IMG/VR virus record: IMGVR_UViG_2630968342_000015
Reading direction: 5' to 3' (one strand)
Length of the DNA stretch: 14,640 bases
Origin: a virus
Lineage: Duplodnaviria; Heunggongvirae; Uroviricota; Caudoviricetes
Below, piece after piece: positions 6,862 through 14,475 of the stretch (within the stretch, counting starts at the first letter, position 1; every line of letters begins with the position of its first letter). Made by a program: the position numbers and the translations under genes. The notes below the pieces were generated by a model that saw only the letters and a program-made list of their open reading frames with translations, did no database searches and was not told the origin of the DNA.

Positions 6862-6909
6862 TTGTTCGTGGTTGTTCCACGTTGTTCACTGACAGGATCG
6901 GCATATTTT
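6862..6909 (+). promoter_or_regulatory. Phased TTGTTC repeats (6862, 6872, 6882) with candidate -10 TATTTT (6904-6909); putative activator-dependent head-operon promoter
   Basis: TTTGTTCGTGG TTGTTCCACG TTGTTCACTG at exact 10-bp spacing. Third unit sits 16 bp upstream of TATTTT. 15-mer TTGTTCCACGTTGTT recurs exactly at 14375-14389. Confidence 0.4.
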
Positions 6910-7062
6910 ACCCGAACTGAATCATGAGTATTCTCGCCCGTGGTGCCAGGACGCTGGGGCCACTTTCCCGCCTGTTAATGTGCTCGCCAATATTCATTAC
7001 CAGGCGGGAAAACGATCGGTGCGATTGCTGATTTCCTTATGAAAAACGGTTGAGTTTTTGCC

Positions 7063-7102
7063 GCGTCCTGGAGTTCCTTACTTAACCCCAGGACTTTTTT
7101 TT
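7063..7102 (+). terminator. Terminator/attenuator hairpin abutting the capsid start codon, with the SD inside its 3' arm
   Basis: GTCCTGG (7065-7071) pairs with CCAGGAC (7088-7094) across a 16-nt loop, followed by eight T (7095-7102), then ATG at 7103. AGGA (7090-7093) is the only SD-like sequence. Confidence 0.4.
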
Positions 7103-8260
7103 ATGCCGAGAATAATCGAATTACGCCAGCAGAAAACCGCCATTAAAAATCAGATGCGCGACATGCTGGAGAACGCGGAAAAAGAAAACCGCAGCCTTAA
7201 CGATGCAGAGGGCGCAAAATTTGACGAATTACGCGCTAAAGCTGAATCCCTCGATAAAGACATTTCCCGCCTTGAAGCCATTGCAGACGAAGAGCGCAGC
7301 AAGCCAGGTAAAAGCAGCCAGACCACTGACCCGGCAGAACTCCGCAACTACATCCTGACAGGTGAAACCCGCGCATTAAGTACAGGCGTTCCCGCTGATG
7401 GTGGTTATACCGTTATCCCCGAACTGAACACCGAAATCATGCGAATGCTGACGGATGAATCCACCATGCGCCGCATCTGTACCGTGAAGAAAATCAGCAG
7501 CAACGAGTTTAAGCAGCTTGTTTCCGCTGGCGGTGCGACCGTTAACCACGGTGAAGAGGGTAAGACACGCGAACAGACCAGCACCCCGCAGATTAACGAG
7601 GTGAGCATTAAGCTGTATCCGGTCTATGCGTACCCGCGCACCACACAGGAAATCGTGGATTTTTCCGATGTGGACATCCTTTCATGGCTGACGGGTGAGA
7701 TTGGCGACACCTTCACGGAAACCGAAGAAAGCGATCTGGTTGTGGGCGACGGTGACAAAAAAGCAAAAGGTTTTTTATCCGTACCCCGTGCAGAGAAGAA
7801 CGACAAAGAGCGTGATTTTGGTACGTTGCAGGTAATTAAACCTTCCGAATCTCTGGCGTGGACATCTGCGGACCCGCTGATCGACCTGAAATTTGCATTA
7901 CGTAAAAAATACCGCAAAAACGCGGTCTGGGTGGTTAACTCCACGACGGCGGCAAAACTTCAGAAGGTGAAGAACGCGAACGGTGATTACATCTGGCGCG
8001 ACCGTTTACAGGCGGGTGATCCTGATACGTTGCTGGGCCTTCCGGTCGAATATCTGGAGTTTATGCCTGATAACGTTATTGCCCTGGGTGACTTCAAACG
8101 CGGTTACTACATTGTTGATCACGAAACAGGTGTTCGCACCAGACCGGACAACCTCACAGAGCCGGGCTTCATCAAAATTTTCACGCAGAAATATTTAGGC
8201 GGTGGCGTGGTGGATTCGAACGCGATCAAGATTCTGGAACTGCCACAGGACGACGATTAA
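7103..8260 (+). CDS. Major capsid protein, HK97 fold, with N-terminal scaffold-like delta domain
   Basis: 385 aa. Charged, coiled-coil-like N-terminal ~100 aa followed by a body recognised by eye as HK97-family. ATG 7103 preferred over the TTG at 7058 shown in the ORF track. Confidence 0.9.
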   Translation: MPRIIELRQQKTAIKNQMRDMLENAEKENRSLNDAEGAKFDELRAKAESLDKDISRLEAIADEERSKPGKSSQTTDPAELRNYILTGETRALSTGVPADGGYTVIPELNTEIMRMLTDESTMRRICTVKKISSNEFKQLVSAGGATVNHGEEGKTREQTSTPQINEVSIKLYPVYAYPRTTQEIVDFSDVDILSWLTGEIGDTFTETEESDLVVGDGDKKAKGFLSVPRAEKNDKERDFGTLQVIKPSESLAWTSADPLIDLKFALRKKYRKNAVWVVNSTTAAKLQKVKNANGDYIWRDRLQAGDPDTLLGLPVEYLEFMPDNVIALGDFKRGYYIVDHETGVRTRPDNLTEPGFIKIFTQKYLGGGVVDSNAIKILELPQDDD

Positions 8261-8270
8261 CAGCATACAG

Positions 8271-8300
8271 AAGGGGCTTAAAAGCCCCTTTAGTGTTTTA
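8271..8300 (+). terminator. Partial terminator/attenuator between capsid and protease genes
   Basis: AAGGGGC-TTAAAA-GCCCCTT hairpin followed by a T-rich but interrupted tail (TAGTGTTTTA). Confidence 0.4.
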
Positions 8301-8314
8301 TGGGTGAAAAAATT

Positions 8315-8872
8315 ATGAAGAGTATGGAAATCCGGTCATCGGAAATCACCACCAGCGCCAGCAACACGCTTACAGGCTACGTTGTTCGCTGGGATAAGCT
8401 TTCAGAGCTGCTATGGGGGGAGTTTTACGAAAAATTCCAGCGGGGAGCGTTTACTGAATGGCTTGCGGCGGGTAATGACGTTCGCGGCCTGTATGAGCAT
8501 GACCACAGCATGTTGCTGGGGCGTACCCGTTCCGGCACGCTGAAACTGGAAGAGGACGAAACAGGGTTACGCTTTGAACTGACCCCACCGGATACCAGTA
8601 CAGGGCGCGACGTTATCGAACTGGTTAAGCGTGGGGACATCTCGGGGATGAGCTTTGGCTTTCGCTCCCGTAAGGATGTATGGGATACCACAACAGATCC
8701 ATGCGTGCGCACCGTGCTGGTGGCGGAACTGTACGAAATTACCGTTACATCGGTACCGGCTTACCCTGATTCCGGCGTGGAGCTGGCCCGCCGTTCCCTG
8801 TATGAGCAGCACCCCGAAAAAATGCCGCGTGCGGATAATCGCCGCTGGTGGGTGGATTTAGCGGGGGTGTGA
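8315..8872 (+). CDS. Prohead maturation protease, HK97 family
   Basis: Position directly after the capsid gene; motifs LYEHDHS and GMSFGF are consistent with the His/Ser catalytic regions of this family. Start ambiguous (ATG at 8300, 8315 or 8324); 8315 has the best SD. Confidence 0.8.
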   Translation: MKSMEIRSSEITTSASNTLTGYVVRWDKLSELLWGEFYEKFQRGAFTEWLAAGNDVRGLYEHDHSMLLGRTRSGTLKLEEDETGLRFELTPPDTSTGRDVIELVKRGDISGMSFGFRSRKDVWDTTTDPCVRTVLVAELYEITVTSVPAYPDSGVELARRSLYEQHPEKMPRADNRRWWVDLAGV

Positions 8873-8873
8873 T

Positions 8874-10085
8874 ATGTGGCTTTTCAGAAGAAAAAAAGAG
8901 CAGCGCAGCATGACGCTTGATGAATTTATGGCGCTGGCTGGCACATCGAACACGGGGGCGGGTGAGTACGTATCATCGGGGACAGCGGAATCACTGCCCG
9001 CCGTCATGAACGCCGTGACGGTCATCTCTGAGGCGGTGGCTACCATGCCGTGTTACCTGTACCTGGTACGCAATGAGAAGGGGAAGGAGGCCCGCGAGTG
9101 GCTTGATTCTCATCCGGTCGATCACATCCTCAACGAGCGCCCGAACGCGTGGCAGACTCCCTACCAGTTTAAGCGAATGATGATCCGCCACTGCCTGTTA
9201 AACGGTAATGCTTATGCGGTGATTCAGTGGGGGCGTGATGGTTTTCCGGTGGCTTTACATCCTTACCCGCCGCAGTCGGTGAACGTGGAGCAGACAGGCG
9301 AACACAACTGGCGCTACTGCATCACTGACGCCTACACCGGAAACACCCGCAACTATTTACCGTGGGAGGTTCTCCACCTTCGTTACTCCACGGATGACGG
9401 TTTTATGGGGCGCTCACCTGTAACCATCTGCCGCGAATCGCTGGGGCTTGGGCTGGCCCAACAACGCCACGGCGCGAGCGTGATGCGTGATGGCATGATG
9501 GCGGCAGGGGTTATCACGTCAGGCGAATGGCTGGACGGCGTGAAGGGCAAACAGGCATTAGCCGCACTGGAACGCTACAAAGGGGCCAGAAACGCCGGAA
9601 AAACGCCCATCCTTGAAGGGGGTATGAGCTATCAGCAGCTGGGCATGAGTAATCAGGATGCTGAATGGCTGGCCTCCCGTCGCTTCACCATTGAAGACAT
9701 CGCCCGAATGTTCAACGTCTCGCCGATTTTTCTGCAGGAATACAGCAACAGCACCTACAGCAATTTCAGCGAGGCAAGCCGCGCATTTCTCACCATGACA
9801 ATGCGCCCGTGGCTGGCGAACTTTGAGCAGCAGATAAAAAACGCCCTGCTGGTGGCCTCGCCTGTACCTGGTATCCGGTATCAGGTGGAGTTTGACAGCG
9901 CGGACCTGTTACGGGCCACACCTGGCGAACGCTTTGCCACCTATGAACGCGGCATCAAATCCGGCGTTATGTGCCCGAACGAAGCCCGCGAACGTGAAGG
10001 GCTGTCCCCGCGTGATGGTGGTGATGAGTTCAGCCAGGCATGGAAACAGGAAGTAAAAATCAGCGAGGGAGAAAAACCGGAATGA
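8874..10085 (+). CDS. Portal protein, HK97 family
   Basis: 403 aa, recognised by eye as HK97-type portal. ATG 1 nt after the protease stop; its stop overlaps the next start. Confidence 0.85.
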   Translation: MWLFRRKKEQRSMTLDEFMALAGTSNTGAGEYVSSGTAESLPAVMNAVTVISEAVATMPCYLYLVRNEKGKEAREWLDSHPVDHILNERPNAWQTPYQFKRMMIRHCLLNGNAYAVIQWGRDGFPVALHPYPPQSVNVEQTGEHNWRYCITDAYTGNTRNYLPWEVLHLRYSTDDGFMGRSPVTICRESLGLGLAQQRHGASVMRDGMMAAGVITSGEWLDGVKGKQALAALERYKGARNAGKTPILEGGMSYQQLGMSNQDAEWLASRRFTIEDIARMFNVSPIFLQEYSNSTYSNFSEASRAFLTMTMRPWLANFEQQIKNALLVASPVPGIRYQVEFDSADLLRATPGERFATYERGIKSGVMCPNEAREREGLSPRDGGDEFSQAWKQEVKISEGEKPE

Positions 10086-10420
10086 ACATAGGGCGACTGC
10101 GTGACAGGGTAACGATTCAGACCCTGAAACAGACCAGGGATATAACCGGCGAAATACTCGAAACGTGGGAGGACGGTCACACACTCTGGGCAAGCGTGAA
10201 CATGATCAGCAGCAAGGAGGCCATTTCATCGGGTGCAGAGCTGGCGATTGGTACCGTAAGGATCTGGATACGGTACCGGAAGGACATCAATGCCACCAGC
10301 CGGATAAAGGTCAGTACGGGGCCGCTGGCGGGGCGTGTACTGAATATCATCGGGCAGCCGCTGCCGGATGCCGCCAGGACACGCCTTGAAATTCTTTGTC
10401 GTGAGGGCGCGGAAAAATGA
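10082..10420 (+). CDS. Head-tail adaptor / head closure protein
   Basis: 112 aa (MNIGRLRDRVTIQ...). ATGA overlap with portal stop. Pattern resembles head-tail joining proteins. Confidence 0.7.
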   Translation: MNIGRLRDRVTIQTLKQTRDITGEILETWEDGHTLWASVNMISSKEAISSGAELAIGTVRIWIRYRKDINATSRIKVSTGPLAGRVLNIIGQPLPDAARTRLEILCREGAEK

Positions 10421-10713
10421 CAGAAGAACTTATCACCCTGGAAGAAGTGAAACTCCATTGCCGCATCGATGGCGACGAGGAAGACCAGTTAATCAGCGGA
10501 TACATCGCCGCATCGCTTGAGGCGTGCCAGATACACATAGGCAGGCGCTTTGATGACGGGCTGGAGTTCACGCCAGCCATAAAGATTGGCTGCATGATGT
10601 TTATCGCTCACCTGTATGAAAATCGCCAGATTGTCGCGGATAACGCAAAAACACGCGTACCCATGACGATTGGTGCACTCTGGACGGCTTACCGTGATGT
10701 GGGGGTGTACTGA
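10417..10713 (+). CDS. Head-tail connector protein (gp6-like)
   Basis: 98 aa. N-terminus LITLEEVKLHCRIDGDEEDQLISGYIAAS and AHLYENRQ are typical of gp6-like connectors. ATGA overlaps on both sides. Confidence 0.7.
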   Translation: MTEELITLEEVKLHCRIDGDEEDQLISGYIAASLEACQIHIGRRFDDGLEFTPAIKIGCMMFIAHLYENRQIVADNAKTRVPMTIGALWTAYRDVGVY

Positions 10714-11153
10714 TGCCGTGGCAACCATTAAGACGATGCACAGAACCAGGCTGTAACAGGCGCGTGAAGTCCGGCAAGTGTGAGGAGCACAGGCGGGCGG
10801 CATGGCGTGCAGAGGATGCCAGACGAGGACACCGCCGCGCGCGTGGGTACTCCAGACAGTGGGACAAATACCGCGCCATGTATCTGAGTAAAAACCCGTT
10901 ATGCGTGCGATGCCTTGAGAAGGGGATATATACGCCCGCCGTGGTGGTGGATCACATTATCCCGATTAATGGCGGTGATGATGTTCTCTTCTGGCCCGAA
11001 TGGAACCATCAGCCATTGTGCCAGGCGTGCCATAACCAGAAAACGAAATGGCTTGATCCGGCAACAAAAAGCAAGCGTGCCGCAGGTGGATTTCGTGAAG
11101 AGGAAGAACGGGCCGCTAACCGCAATAACTGGATGTATGACGCTGATGAATGA
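10713..11153 (+). CDS. HNH endonuclease (terminase-associated)
   Basis: 146 aa. Cys pairs CNRRVKSGKC and CVRC, then HNH core DHIIPI ... NHQPLCQACHNQKT. Confidence 0.85.
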   Translation: MPWQPLRRCTEPGCNRRVKSGKCEEHRRAAWRAEDARRGHRRARGYSRQWDKYRAMYLSKNPLCVRCLEKGIYTPAVVVDHIIPINGGDDVLFWPEWNHQPLCQACHNQKTKWLDPATKSKRAAGGFREEEERAANRNNWMYDADE

Positions 11154-11319
11154 GCGGGAACAAAACCGCCTTATCCGTGGACTTATAAGGCAGCGTGACG
11201 CATGGAAGACACAGGAAACAGGGCATAAAGATAAAGCGTCAGGACGCGCAGAACGCATCACAGCGAAGCGATTAACCGACCGTGACCGCGAGGTTATGGA
11301 ATGTTTCCGCAATCGCTGA
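11146..11319 (+). CDS. Hypothetical small charged protein (57 aa); uncertain
   Basis: ATG at 11146 overlapping the HNH stop by 8 nt. Only the 3' portion of ORF-track entry 10915..11319 is not in conflict with HNH. Confidence 0.3.
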   Translation: MNEREQNRLIRGLIRQRDAWKTQETGHKDKASGRAERITAKRLTDRDREVMECFRNR

Positions 11320-11441
11320 TGAGGCTGTATGACGGGGTGGGGGGCGTTTTCAGGACAAACCCGACCCCGCCGGGCACCGACCGCCTCCTCAAATTTTTAT
11401 GCACGGGAATTTTTTGAAAAATAATCTGACGAAAAATAAGC
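11320..11441. other. Candidate cos / packaging-initiation region between HNH and terS
   Basis: G-run GGGGTGGGGGGCG followed by C-rich CCCGACCCCGCCGGGCACCGACCGCC, then an AT-rich stretch. Placement between HNH and terS matches HK97-type cos phages. Exact cut site not identifiable by eye. Confidence 0.3.
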
Positions 11442-11798
11442 ATGGCAAGACCACCGAAAGCCCCCGCCTACCTGGATGACATCGCCGTGAAGCAGTGGCG
11501 GGAAAAATCGCGGCAGCTTGCGGAACGGGGAGACCTGACCCCCGCCGACTGGAGCAATCTGGAACTGTATTGTGTCAACTACTCCATTTACCGGAAAGCC
11601 GTCGCAGACCTTGCGGCGCGCGGGTTCAGCATTGTTAACAGTCAGGGCGGCGAGAGCAGAAACCCCGCATTAAGCGCGAAATCAGACGCTGAAAGGGTGA
11701 TGATAAAAATGGCCTCCTTGCTCGGTTTTGACCCGATAAGCCGCCGTAAAAACCCACCGGAAACAGAAGAAGAGGACGAGCTTGACCGCCTGGAATAA
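11442..11798 (+). CDS. terS: Terminase small subunit (P27-family type)
   Basis: 118 aa, immediately upstream of and overlapping terL; acidic C-terminus EEEDELDRLE. Family recognised by eye. Confidence 0.8.
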   Translation: MARPPKAPAYLDDIAVKQWREKSRQLAERGDLTPADWSNLELYCVNYSIYRKAVADLAARGFSIVNSQGGESRNPALSAKSDAERVMIKMASLLGFDPISRRKNPPETEEEDELDRLE

Positions 11799-13443
11799 GT
11801 ACGCAGAAGACGTAAAAACGGGCAAAATTCAGGCCTGTAAACGGTTAAAACAGGCCGTTAAACGGTACTTTTCGGACCTTAAAAGCCCCCTTTACACGTT
11901 CGATCGTGAGGTTGTGGATCGGTTTATTGCCTTTTCCAGGGTGTGCCCGCACGTAAAAGGGCCGATGCGTGGCAGACCCATTGAGCTGGAGCCGTGGCAG
12001 CAGTTCGCCTTTGCGTGCATCCTCGGCTTTAAGGTTAAGGCCACCGGACGGCGCAAATATACGAGCGCCTTTATCGAAGTGCCGCGCAAAAATGCTAAAT
12101 CAACGACCGCCGCGATTCTGGCTAACTGGTTTCTGATTATGGAGAACGGTCAGCAGGATATTTACACCGCAGCGGTGAGCCGTGACCAGGCGAGGATCGT
12201 ATTTGATGATGCGCGTCAGATGTGCATTTTATCCCGACCGTTACGCAGGCGGGTGAATATTCAGGCGCATAAGGTGATACACCCGAAAACCAACAGCCTG
12301 TTAAAGCCGCTGGCAGCAAAAGCGGCAACTATCGAGGGCACAAACCCCAGTCTTTCTATCGTGGACGAATACCACCTACACCCCGACAACGGCGTATATT
12401 CTGCGCTTGAACTGGGGATGGGGGCACGTCCCGAAGGGCTGTTATTTGCCATTACCACATCGGGAAGTAACGTCGTTTCAGCCTGTAAGCAGCATTATGA
12501 TTATTGCTGCCAGATCCTGGACGGCGAAGAGGTTAACGAATCGCTTTTTGTGCTGATTTACGAACTGGACGACGAAAACGAGGTTGATGATCCGGAGATG
12601 TGGATAAAGGCGAACCCTAATATCGATGTTTCCGTGGATCGTGAAAAACTGGCCTCAACCATTCAGAAAGCGCGGGGTATTCCGTCGCAATGGGTGGAGA
12701 TGATGACAAAGCGATTTAATATCTGGTGTCAGGGGACTACCCCGTGGATGGGTAATGGTGCATGGGCTGAGTGTGCCGGAACGTTCACGGAGGAAGATTT
12801 ACACGGTCAGGAGTGTTACGCGGGGCTGGACTTATCATCAACCAGCGATATTTCCAGCGTGTGCTATGCCTTTCCGGTCGGTAAAACCATTATGATGATT
12901 TCCCGTCATTATCTGCCGGAGTTCCAGCTACAGAACCCCGCCAATAAAAACCGCGCTGTCTATCGTCAGTGGGCTAAAGCAGGCTGGATACGCACAACGC
13001 CTGGCGACTGCATTGATTACGACCGGATCAGAGATGACATCATGCAGGACGCGGAGAAATTTAATATCAGGCTGGTGGGCTTTGATACGTGGAACGCCAC
13101 GCATCTCAGAACGCAATTACAGGGGGCAGGTTTTGAGGTGGAGCCGTTCCCGCAAACCTACCTCAGATTCAGTCCGGCGGCGAAATCGTTCGAAGTTTTT
13201 GTTAACCGCAGGGTGATTGTGCATCGTGGCGATCCGGTGTTGTCCTGGTCGATGAGTAACGTCGTGATGCAGAGTGACGCGAACGCCAATATCAAGCCGA
13301 ACAAGAAAAAATCACCGAACAAGATAGACCCGAGCGTGGCGGCGCTGATGGCGTTTGGTACATTCCAGGCAGAGCATGAGGATTTTGCTTTTGATATAAG
13401 CGACAGCCACCGCCAGAAACTGGAAGAATTTAGCGGGGTGTAA
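11782..13443 (+). CDS. terL: Terminase large subunit
   Basis: 553 aa. N-terminus MTAWNKYAEDVKTGKIQACKRL is typical of TerL. Apparent TTG start at 11782 with SD GAGGA (11772-11776), overlapping terS by 17 nt. Confidence 0.9.
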   Translation: MTAWNKYAEDVKTGKIQACKRLKQAVKRYFSDLKSPLYTFDREVVDRFIAFSRVCPHVKGPMRGRPIELEPWQQFAFACILGFKVKATGRRKYTSAFIEVPRKNAKSTTAAILANWFLIMENGQQDIYTAAVSRDQARIVFDDARQMCILSRPLRRRVNIQAHKVIHPKTNSLLKPLAAKAATIEGTNPSLSIVDEYHLHPDNGVYSALELGMGARPEGLLFAITTSGSNVVSACKQHYDYCCQILDGEEVNESLFVLIYELDDENEVDDPEMWIKANPNIDVSVDREKLASTIQKARGIPSQWVEMMTKRFNIWCQGTTPWMGNGAWAECAGTFTEEDLHGQECYAGLDLSSTSDISSVCYAFPVGKTIMMISRHYLPEFQLQNPANKNRAVYRQWAKAGWIRTTPGDCIDYDRIRDDIMQDAEKFNIRLVGFDTWNATHLRTQLQGAGFEVEPFPQTYLRFSPAAKSFEVFVNRRVIVHRGDPVLSWSMSNVVMQSDANANIKPNKKKSPNKIDPSVAALMAFGTFQAEHEDFAFDISDSHRQKLEEFSGV

Positions 13444-13456
13444 TGAGGTCAGCAGC

Positions 13457-13738
13457 ATGACAGAAGCCGAAATAACGGGATTAATCCGCCGCGTTGCCGG
13501 AATCAGCCAGCAGGCTGACGAACAGGCCACGCAGCCGGACAGCGTGACAGCCGAAAACTATGCGCGTGTTGTTGCTGAGGTGATGCGCCGTGATGGTATA
13601 GAACTTAATGGCGTGGATATGCGCAACATACGAACCAGAGTTCTTGAGTTGCTGGCCTACCGTCGCCGCGTGGAGATGTATCGGGAGAAGGAGAAAATAA
13701 CGTACCACTGGAAGAAGCCGGAGCGGTTGCGGCGGTAA
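13457..13738 (+). CDS. Hypothetical protein (93 aa), last gene of the element
   Basis: ATG 13457 with SD GAGG. No recognisable family. Confidence 0.5.
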   Translation: MTEAEITGLIRRVAGISQQADEQATQPDSVTAENYARVVAEVMRRDGIELNGVDMRNIRTRVLELLAYRRRVEMYREKEKITYHWKKPERLRR

Positions 13739-14030
13739 CTGGTTGATATTCCCGACGGACCAAAAATGGGTGGCTACATCCCTCGCTTCTGAGGACTGTT
13801 AACAAGCTGCCTGAAAGACAGTCACAAACTACGAAATTTTCGCAGTTTAATTAATGATCAGCTTAATCGCTAACCCGCTGATATTTTCGGAAACCTCAAT
13901 TTGAGGAAGTCGGCGCGGTAACTCGCTGAACTTTAAGCAAAGTGCAAAATTGCGCTTGCTGAATAATCATTATGATTACGCAGATGATTAAGGAATGACC
14001 GAAGGCGGAAATTCGCCTGTGGTTAATGGG

Positions 14031-14144
14031 GGAGTTGCAGATCTGCAACTCGACCATGAAACTACGGAAACTACCCGTAGTTTGGGTAGTAAGAGTAACA
14101 CCCAGATTTTGGGTCTTACTCGTGATACCCAAATTTGGGGTATC
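14031..14144. promoter_or_regulatory. Cluster of palindromes in the right noncoding arm
   Basis: Perfect 20-bp palindrome GAGTTGCAGATCTGCAACTC (14031-14050). 9-bp inverted repeat AAACTACGG / CCGTAGTTT (14059-14083). Two related palindromes ACCCAGATTTTGGGT (14100-14114) and GATACCCAAATTTGGGGTATC (14124-14144). Confidence 0.45.
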
Positions 14145-14361
14145 AGTGGCAACCATAACGACTTTCGTTACGGTTGATGCTTTTACCCCATTGGGGGAAA
14201 GGTATTACGATAATCATAACACCTACCGAACAGGTAAAGCCCACCAGCCTGATTAACGTTTAACCGGAAAAAAATTCCGGTAGGTGGGGATCCCCATATC
14301 GACATTAACGCCCCTCATGAATTGGTGCGCTTCCCCCTGGAAAGATGATCCGCCTGTATAT

Positions 14362-14457
14362 TTCTTGTGTCTATTTGTTCCACGTTGTTTCATACAGTGC
14401 ACCGAACGGTGTAGTCACTGGTGTAGTCATTTTGCGATTTTTGGCACTTTTTGCGGT
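14362..14457. repeat. Right-arm repeats near the junction: TTGTTCCACG TTGTTTCATA (14375-14394), tandem GGTGTAGTCA(C/T) (14408-14418, 14420-14430), TTTTGCG repeats
   Basis: Read directly. The 15-mer at 14375-14389 is identical to 6872-6886. Candidate integrase/excisionase arm-type sites. Confidence 0.4.
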
Positions 14458-14475
14458 GAAAATTATTTAATTAAA

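Noticed and set aside
7058-7102. TTG start at 7058 for the capsid gene
   Set aside because: The extension would be translated through the hairpin and T8 tract; ATG 7103 gives a typical N-terminus with an SD.
7150-7944. Minus-strand ORFs inside the capsid gene
   Set aside because: Antisense to a confidently assigned capsid gene; Ser/Arg-rich low-complexity translations.
8425-9191. Minus-strand and alternative-frame ORFs within the protease and portal genes
   Set aside because: Overlap confidently assigned head genes; no start signals.
10915-11145. 5' part of the 134-aa ORF 10915..11319 overlapping HNH
   Set aside because: Out-of-frame overlap with the HNH gene; only the 3' 57 codons after the HNH stop were kept, at low confidence.
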